Positions 25,984 through 32,000 of a stretch of 32,000 nt of DNA are shown here, one piece after another (within the stretch, counting starts at the first letter, position 1; every line of letters begins with the position of its first letter). Both the position numbers and the translations under genes were made by a program. Source of the stretch: an uncultured archaeon (lineage in GTDB: Archaea; Asgardarchaeota; Thorarchaeia; Thorarchaeales; Thorarchaeaceae); the NCBI GenBank assembly GCA_964354495.1, contig CAYHAA010000001.1, positions 338,075 to 370,074 on the forward strand, written 5' to 3'. The notes beneath the pieces were generated by a model. That model did not search any database and was not told the origin of the DNA. It saw only the letters and a list, made by a program, of their open reading frames with translations.

Positions 25984-28659
25984 TTGGGCGAGCTCAAGCG
26001 CATAACGTTGCCCTTCACGGCCATCGTTGGCCTCGAACAGCTAAAGCTAGCCCTTCTTCTAAACGGTGTGAATCCTTCTATTGGAGGCGTGCTCATCTCA
26101 GGTCCGAAAGGCACAGGGAAGACGACTGTTGTTCGAGCACTTGCAGATCTGCTCCCTGAAGTCGATGTGGTGAAAGATTGTCGTTTTGGGTGTAATCCCA
26201 GCAATCCTGATTTCTTTTGTGAAGAATGTAGATCTCGTGTGTCAGGTGGTGCAGCGCTTGAATCCACAAGACGGAAGATGCGAGTTGTGAATCTGCCTCT
26301 TTCGACCACTGAGGACCGCCTCATTGGTGCGTTAGACATCGAGCAAGTTCTTCGGGAGGGTATCCGTGCACTTAAACCAGGGATACTTGCAGATGCACAT
26401 CAAAACGTTCTGTATGTAGATGAAGTGAATCTATTGCCAGACCACCTCGTCGATGATCTCCTTGATGCCGCTGCGACAAAAGTCAACACGATTGAACGCG
26501 AAGGAATCTCCATCTCACACCCCTCGGACTTTGTCCTTATAGGCACAATGAACCCAGAAGAAGGTGAGCTCCGACCGCAACTATTGGATCGATTCGCTCT
26601 CCATGTTGCAATTGGTTCGAATCACTCTATCGAAGAACGGATGGAGCTTGTAAGAAGGAATCTTGAGTTTGAGAGAGACCCTGACGGATTTCGCGAAGAC
26701 TGGTCGGATGTTCAGCAAGAGATACGAGAAAGAATCGTACGTGCCAAAGACTCACTGGAAAACGTAGAGCTAGATGATACGAACTTGCGCGCCATAGCGA
26801 TGGCTTGTGATGCACTAGAAGTCGATGGTGTTCGGCCGGATATCGTGATTAGCAAGACAGCAATTACACACGCTGCATTTCAAGGCCGCACAAAGGTCAC
26901 TCTTGAAGACATGAAGCTTGCTTCGCAACTTGCTCTAAGTCATAGAACCCGTAGAGGCGGTCTCTTGGAGCCGCCCTCTTCTGGCGATATTGATCGAGCA
27001 ATAACAAAAGCAGTGGACGTTGCAAAGAAAAACGACCGCAGGAAATCGCCAACTGAAATTCCCAAGGAGGACGAAGAGACCGCTGAGCAGGGAGAGCGAC
27101 GAAGCGGAGGTCGCTTTGGCAGGCAATCAGGTTTTGCTCAATTTGGAAGACAGGAGGGCAAAAAAAAAACTCCCGGTAAAATAAGAAGGCCAGAGGGCAA
27201 TCCCATCAAGGGCACAATATGTGCAGTGATGATGGTTGTTAGTTTTAGCTATTTTCTCTGGATCTATGCAAGCCCTGTGAATTGGCTGTTTGGTTCCTGG
27301 ATTCTTGAGTTTCCTCCTCTCCATGTCATCATTATTGACACTATCATCTATATCCCTCTTATCTGGCGACTCGTTAGGAAATGGCTTGAAGTCATGACTC
27401 GGCGAAAGAGCGGACCAACAGCCGGAATCGACACAGTGGAACCAGGTCGCGCCATGCCTGAATCTGGTGATGAGTGGGGACTAGCGACAAGACCCTATGT
27501 TCCAGAAAAGCCAAGCATAATTACAGGGCCAAAATCCGACATTAGAGAATCTCCTTTTGGACTGGACGATAGTTTCTTTGTCAAGATGCCTGATATCGAC
27601 ACAGGAGAAGAGATCTTCGATGGTGAAAAGCTCCGGATGAGGGCCATGATTCGCTCTCGCGTCACAACTGGGAACTGGATAAACAAACGAGTGAGCTCAC
27701 GAGCATTCGGGTCTCTGAAGTCTACTGGTGCAGTGAAACATGGAAGACCTATCCGATCCCGAATGCCTGCCCGCGAAATCGAGAGCATACATGTGCCTTC
27801 AACGGTAATGGCAGCAATTGTCAGGACCGGTCATGCACAGCATTTGCCGATTAGAATCACGCGTGATGACCTTCGTGAGAACATGTTTGCTGGCAAGAGC
27901 CCTCTTACGATAATTCTTGTCATCGATGTAAGTCTATCAATGAAGGGCAGCATGGAGGAAGTCAGGCAACTACTCGAACGCATTGAGGGCGAAACCCGTG
28001 GTTCCAAGGATCGAACTGGGATAATAGCGTTCAAGGATAGTGGAGCCGTGGAAGTTCAGGCTCCTACAACCAATTGGAATAAGATCTACAGAGTTCTAGG
28101 CCGTCTAAGGATATCTGGTCTGACACCGCTTGCAGATGCTCTCCGAAAGGCGTTTGAAACCATTCAGAGAGAGCGAATGAGGAATCCTGACATTGAGCCT
28201 TTTGTCATAGTTATTTCAGACTTCTCTCCGAACATCCCGCTAGCTCAGTCCGTTGGGCCCGGTGACAGTCAATATACCCCCGTGCAAGACCTCATCAGGA
28301 CTTCTCGAATGTTGCGAAAGGCGAAGATTCGAATGGCCGCTATCAATGTTGACCCAGAACAGAGCAAATGGCCAAGATTCCTTGAACGTCCCTATCATGA
28401 AGCGCTCGAACTAGCAGCGATGCTTAGAGCTAGGAAAGACGGTCTTGATGATCCGATTGAAGCAGTTCTTTCAGTAGACGAGTTTAGGAGATCTTTTGGC
28501 GCTTATCTTGTAGCTAAGGCCGGGGGCGGTCGAGCACACCTTTCGCGAGACCTCATGAAGGAGAAATCCATACTTCGGACACTCTTGCTTACTGGTAGAA
28601 CTAGGTCGCGATTTCGTGAGGAAGACTTGAGAGAGATTGAAGCGTATCTTCCAAAATGA
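25984..28659 (+). CDS. ChlI/ChlD (Mg/Co-chelatase subunit)-like AAA+ ATPase with C-terminal vWA domain and an internal TM hairpin
   Basis: PFTAIVG, Walker A GPKGTGKT, Walker [26 protein letters not shown]; vWA MIDAS DVSLS, GLTPL, ISDF; two hydrophobic helices at about residues 410-464. Confidence 0.85.
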   Translation: MGELKRITLPFTAIVGLEQLKLALLLNGVNPSIGGVLISGPKGTGKTTVVRALADLLPEVDVVKDCRFGCNPSNPDFFCEECRSRVSGGAALESTRRKMRVVNLPLSTTEDRLIGALDIEQVLREGIRALKPGILADAHQNVLYVDEVNLLPDHLVDDLLDAAATKVNTIEREGISISHPSDFVLIGTMNPEEGELRPQLLDRFALHVAIGSNHSIEERMELVRRNLEFERDPDGFREDWSDVQQEIRERIVRAKDSLENVELDDTNLRAIAMACDALEVDGVRPDIVISKTAITHAAFQGRTKVTLEDMKLASQLALSHRTRRGGLLEPPSSGDIDRAITKAVDVAKKNDRRKSPTEIPKEDEETAEQGERRSGGRFGRQSGFAQFGRQEGKKKTPGKIRRPEGNPIKGTICAVMMVVSFSYFLWIYASPVNWLFGSWILEFPPLHVIIIDTIIYIPLIWRLVRKWLEVMTRRKSGPTAGIDTVEPGRAMPESGDEWGLATRPYVPEKPSIITGPKSDIRESPFGLDDSFFVKMPDIDTGEEIFDGEKLRMRAMIRSRVTTGNWINKRVSSRAFGSLKSTGAVKHGRPIRSRMPAREIESIHVPSTVMAAIVRTGHAQHLPIRITRDDLRENMFAGKSPLTIILVIDVSLSMKGSMEEVRQLLERIEGETRGSKDRTGIIAFKDSGAVEVQAPTTNWNKIYRVLGRLRISGLTPLADALRKAFETIQRERMRNPDIEPFVIVISDFSPNIPLAQSVGPGDSQYTPVQDLIRTSRMLRKAKIRMAAINVDPEQSKWPRFLERPYHEALELAAMLRARKDGLDDPIEAVLSVDEFRRSFGAYLVAKAGGGRAHLSRDLMKEKSILRTLLLTGRTRSRFREEDLREIEAYLPK
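27160..27169 (+). repeat. A10 homopolymer within the CDS (candidate slippage/frameshift site)
   Basis: GGC AAA AAA AAA ACT; stop codons follow within 3-4 codons in both shifted frames. Confidence 0.7.
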
Positions 28660-28842
28660 TTCCTCGGTTTTGCACTCGCAATTAGATTATTAACAGGGGC
28701 AGTGTCCTTGACATACGCGCATGGCTGATAGATGTCTTCTGTCATAGTGAGCGAGGAGAGCCCCGAATGGGTTTCTATGAATTTGCTTTTCATGCACCAG
28801 ACACAAGTCGTGCGCACCTTTCAAAAAAGAGGAGTTCAATAA

Positions 28843-29853
28843 ATGCTTCCAGGCAAAGTCCCACCAGATATTCTCAAGAAGATAGTATTCTCTCACCTTG
28901 GTGTCCTGGATCCTAGAGTTCTACTTGGACCGCGTCTTGGAGAGGATGCATCCCTCATTCAGATTGGAGACAAGGTAATTGTTGTTTCAACTGATCCTAT
29001 CACTGGGTCCGTAGAGGATATTGGATGGCTTGTGGTCCACGTCAACGCGAATGATATTGCCACCTTTGGCGTTGCTCCGAGATGGTTGTTGGTCTCAATC
29101 ATGCTGCCCAGCGGTTATAGACCGCTAGCACTGGCAAAAATAATGAAGCAAATAGATGAGGCCTCGAGAGAGCTGGGTATTGCAGTCGTGGGTGGTCACT
29201 CAGAAATAACAGAGCGACTAGATCAACCAATCATCGTTGGTTTCATGATGGGTGTCACTGAGAAGGATCATTATGTCACAGCTAGTGGTGCGCGAACTGG
29301 GGATGCAATACTCATGACCAAGACTGTGGCCATTGAAGGTACTGCTATTCTTGCAACTGAAGGATATGCAACACTCTCTAAGAGCATCGGTGTTGATGTC
29401 ATAAGAAAAGGTCGCAAACTGAGAGGGCAGATCAGTGTGGTTAAAGATGGCGTTGTTGCTTTTGCGACCGGGCATGTTCATGCAATGCACGATCCCACTG
29501 AGGGCGGCCTCGCAGGCGGAATTCATGAACTGTGTGATGCCAGCCAGGTTGGTTTCGAGATCAGAAGCGATGACATTCCCATCAGCAGTCCAACGAAACG
29601 AATCTGTGAGACCCTCGGAATCAATCCGCTTGAGTTGATATGTAGTGGGTCCATGATCATGAGCTGTTCTGCTGAGAATGCGAATGAAGTGATCCATGCG
29701 CTTGAATCGGAAGGGATAGCAGCGACACGTATAGGAACAATAGTTAGCGACCTAGATCATCGCAAGATTCATACTGGTGGTTCATTAGCTGACCTGCCTC
29801 GACCCAAGAGCGATGCGCTATGGAATGCTCTCAAGAAAGTCAATCCTTCATGA
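28843..29853 (+). CDS. AIR synthase (PurM-like) family protein
   Basis: GKVPP, GEDA, STDPITG, HVNANDIA, GGHSE, HDPTEGG, SGSM; lacks the C-terminal PRIC of HypE. Confidence 0.85.
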   Translation: MLPGKVPPDILKKIVFSHLGVLDPRVLLGPRLGEDASLIQIGDKVIVVSTDPITGSVEDIGWLVVHVNANDIATFGVAPRWLLVSIMLPSGYRPLALAKIMKQIDEASRELGIAVVGGHSEITERLDQPIIVGFMMGVTEKDHYVTASGARTGDAILMTKTVAIEGTAILATEGYATLSKSIGVDVIRKGRKLRGQISVVKDGVVAFATGHVHAMHDPTEGGLAGGIHELCDASQVGFEIRSDDIPISSPTKRICETLGINPLELICSGSMIMSCSAENANEVIHALESEGIAATRIGTIVSDLDHRKIHTGGSLADLPRPKSDALWNALKKVNPS

Positions 29854-30619
29854 ATCTCTTCAATCGGTCGATTTCCTCATCATGGATGAATTCGATTTTC
29901 ACTGGCGAAAGAGCGATATTGTTGTTGACCGAAACTTCGTAGGCATCAGTTCCCCTAGGTGCCTCTTGTTCAATGCCTAGATACCAATAATACGGCCGGC
30001 CATTTGGATCAAGCCTGCGCTCCACTTCATTATGCATCCGAACCTTTGTCGGCTTTGTGATTACCAACTTGCTCTTATCTGACAATTCAGCGGGAAAGTT
30101 CAGATTAAGAAGATCAACACCTTCAGGCATTCCTCTGTCCAACACTCTCATCACAAGGTCCCGTGTGATTTTGCAGATTTTGCTGCAGTCCTGTGTGGTG
30201 CCTGTTGAGTCGAACCACTCTTCGGGCGTTGCCTGGCGTGATACTGCAATGGCTGGAATTCCACGCAATGCTGCCTCGAAGGCGGCTCCCACTGTTCCAC
30301 TCGTTAGCATACTCTGATACCCGACATTCGCGCCTGTGTTTGGACCTGATACAAGTAGACCTATGTCTTCGTAGAATGACTCCGCAAGTATGATAGAGTC
30401 TGCAGGGGTTCCATCATGAGTTACAAAACTGTATCCATTTATGGTATGCTGCTCGGTGATTCGAATCGGCCTTGTCAATGTGAGCGCTTTTCCAGAGGCA
30501 CTCTTCTGGACATCGGGAACCATGACGAAAAGCTCGACCTCTCTGCTCAGCACTTCAGCGAGTTTCAGTAGTCCTTCACTGCGGGGTCCATCATCGTTTG
30601 TTAGGCACACTCTTGGCAA
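29840..30619 (-). CDS. surE: 5'/3'-nucleotidase SurE
   Basis: LTNDDG, QKSASG, GTPAD, VSGPNTGAN, SGTVGAAFEA, LNLNFP; 3' end overlaps the convergent AIR-synthase gene by 14 nt. Confidence 0.93.
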   Translation of the reverse strand: MPRVCLTNDDGPRSEGLLKLAEVLSREVELFVMVPDVQKSASGKALTLTRPIRITEQHTINGYSFVTHDGTPADSIILAESFYEDIGLLVSGPNTGANVGYQSMLTSGTVGAAFEAALRGIPAIAVSRQATPEEWFDSTGTTQDCSKICKITRDLVMRVLDRGMPEGVDLLNLNFPAELSDKSKLVITKPTKVRMHNEVERRLDPNGRPYYWYLGIEQEAPRGTDAYEVSVNNNIALSPVKIEFIHDEEIDRLKRFMKD

Positions 30620-30685
30620 TCAGCATTACTCCAGTTTTGGAATCAACTGATTGTACTATGCCCTATTGATAAGAATAATGATATG

Positions 30686-30721
30686 AAAAAGAGAGGGCTG
30701 TGAGAGCACAACTGCTCTCAC
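30686..30721 (-). terminator. Hairpin + CT spacer + oligo-T after the histone gene
   Basis: GTGAGAGCA-4 nt-TGCTCTCAC 9-bp stem, then AGCCCTCTC and TTTTT on the minus strand. Confidence 0.6.
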
Positions 30722-30744
30722 TCCCGGCACCAGAGAGTTTCTCT

Positions 30745-30915
30745 CTACAAGTCGTAGGGCTTGAGCGTCTTGCGCTTGTTCTCACTTGTTCTGACAGCGG
30801 CGGCACCAAGGATCTCACCGATTTTTTTATCGAGAGCCTCGTAGAAATCACCGCTCACTTGAAGATTCTTTTTCTTAGCATAGTCTTGAATTGCTTTCTT
30901 AACGACAAAACTCAT
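30745..30915 (-). CDS. Short histone-fold protein with truncated alpha3 (face-to-face/DUF1931-like histone), 56 aa
   Basis: SD GGAGGA before ATG 30915; MSFVVKKAIQDYAKKKNLQVSGDFYEALDKKIGEILGAAAVRTSENKRKTLKPYDL contains QVS (L1) and RKTLKPYD (RxTxxxxD). Confidence 0.85.
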   Translation of the reverse strand: MSFVVKKAIQDYAKKKNLQVSGDFYEALDKKIGEILGAAAVRTSENKRKTLKPYDL

Positions 30916-30960
30916 TTTGTATGTTTCCTCCGTAGAGTGCCCTAAATGGCCCCTAAGTCG

Positions 30961-30967
30961 TATATAA
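30961..30967 (-). promoter_or_regulatory. BRE/TATA box of the histone gene
   Basis: AAAGCC-TTATATA on the minus strand, about 45 nt upstream of ATG 30915. Confidence 0.6.
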
Positions 30968-31265
30968 GGCTTTACAGAGAAGGCAATTATTGGGCGCCTT
31001 TTGGCTGTTTTGACGGATTTGCGCATCTTCAACAGTCAGTGCAATTAGTGTGCAACAAACAGATTCCGATATCTCTCATTCGGTTCCCGAAACAACGATA
31101 GTATCCGACTGATTTCTCCTTCAACAGCCTCTTTTGAAGACCGTTGAAATACCGCCGCTTGACCTATCTCTCCTTTGTGATTCTGATAATAGGTTTCTCA
31201 AAACATCTAAAAGACACAGTCGTCAAATCAACTCTAGAGCTTTAGTGTCAAGGTGAGATTGAAGC

Positions 31266-32000
31266 ATGAGGTATTCACATGGAATCATCTTTGGTGCGAT
31301 AATTCCGGGCATCATTTTCTTGGGGGCCGCTGTTATCAAAATCGCTGGCATTGGTGCAGACGCAGCCATAATAGAAGCTCTTTGGAATGTCTATGTAGTA
31401 TGGTTCCTCATAAGCATCATTTTTCCGATTAGTTTCCTGATTATGATACGCTTTGCAAGAAAGGATCTCTTCACGGAGGTCCTGATTTTCATGGCGGGGG
31501 GCTTCTTCTTCTTCTCCCCACTCTGGCTGTTCTTTGCAACAGAGATTTCAGGTGACTCTTGGACGGATCTCTTGCTGAAGGGAATCACTTCCGGACTGAT
31601 AGGTTTCGGGCCAAGTAGCACGATTGTCGGGATTGGTATTAGCAATGTGTTTCTAGTGCCGTTTCTCATTCTGTCCGTGATTCTTGGAGTTGTCTTTCTT
31701 AACCCCTCCTTTGTAGCAAAACACACCGGTCCTGTGGAACTGCCAGAACTTACTGCACTGAAAGAAACAGCCGTGGGATTGGAAGAGGACTCGATTGAAG
31801 CCGAGATGCCAGATGTAACTCCCCCAACGACCACTGCCGATAGCGTAGCAGCCCTCAGAGAAGTCTTGATCGAGTTGGGCACAACGGACCCCGTGATCAA
31901 TCTCATTCTCAATTCGGGAATTGGAACCATTACTGACCTTGCTGCTACAGGCCATGACCAACTCTCAAACCTCTCTGGACTTGACAGACACGCAGCCGAG
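31266..32000 (+). CDS. Multi-pass membrane protein with acidic linker and C-terminal helix-hairpin-helix-like domain (partial)
   Basis: Absent from the ORF track (no stop in the window). SD AGGTGA; 245 open codons; about 4 TM helices, then EEDSIEAEMPDVTPP, then LILNSGIGTITDLAATGHDQLSNLSGLDRHAAE, resembling the RadA-N/HHH_5 pattern. Confidence 0.7.
   Translation, partial: MRYSHGIIFGAIIPGIIFLGAAVIKIAGIGADAAIIEALWNVYVVWFLISIIFPISFLIMIRFARKDLFTEVLIFMAGGFFFFSPLWLFFATEISGDSWTDLLLKGITSGLIGFGPSSTIVGIGISNVFLVPFLILSVILGVVFLNPSFVAKHTGPVELPELTALKETAVGLEEDSIEAEMPDVTPPTTTADSVAALREVLIELGTTDPVINLILNSGIGTITDLAATGHDQLSNLSGLDRHAAE

Noticed and set aside
25984-28659. Assignment as a true Mg-chelatase (chlD) for chlorophyll synthesis
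   Set aside because: No chlH/cobN or tetrapyrrole genes in the window, and the TM hairpin is atypical; kept at family level.
28843-29853. HypE or selenophosphate synthetase (SelD) call
   Set aside because: No C-terminal PRIC cysteine, no N-terminal Cys/Sec-x2-Lys and no in-frame TGA readthrough evidence.
940-30650. Remaining short (60-160 aa) ORFs nested in or antisense to the assigned genes
   Set aside because: No motifs or start signals, and fully overlapped by better-supported CDSs.
31391-31961. 179-aa and 102-aa minus-strand ORFs
   Set aside because: Antisense shadows of the plus-strand membrane protein starting at 31266, which has an SD and coherent TM/HhH structure.
1-32000. CRISPR arrays, IS elements, integrases, rRNA
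   Set aside because: No regularly spaced direct repeats, transposase or recombinase motifs, terminal inverted repeats or rRNA-like sequence were seen.

Overview
Gene-dense archaeal window. GGAGG/GGTGA-type ribosome-binding sites, TATA boxes, an ESCRT-III (Snf7) gene, a short histone and a presenilin-like protease point to an Asgard archaeon, probably Thorarchaeia (inference). About 30 CDSs: ECF S-component-like protein (partial), DUF92 protein, a 1141-aa gamma-glutamyl (GCS2/YbdK-type) carboxylate-amine ligase fused to about six beta-sandwich domains and preceded by a degenerate N-formylglutamate-amidohydrolase-fold gene, a split peptide/nickel ABC transporter locus (oppD-oppF divergent from oppC-oppB-oppA, with a circularly permuted OppA), a presenilin-like protease, PGI/PMI, several hydrolases, Mrp/ApbC, IMPase/FBPase, an orphan Snf7, SerB-like HAD, threonine synthase, a membrane-anchored ChlI/ChlD-like AAA+-vWA protein with an A10 slippery run, an AIR-synthase-family protein, SurE, a face-to-face-type histone and a membrane protein with an HhH-like tail (partial). 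No rRNA, tRNA, CRISPR array or mobile element was seen. Best leads: the ligase plus dead-hydrolase operon (possible glutamyl-tagging system), the frameshift-prone membrane AAA+-vWA gene, the permuted OppA, and two tandem promoter-to-terminator noncoding units at 20.28-20.67 kb. Domain calls come from motifs read by eye; no database search was run.
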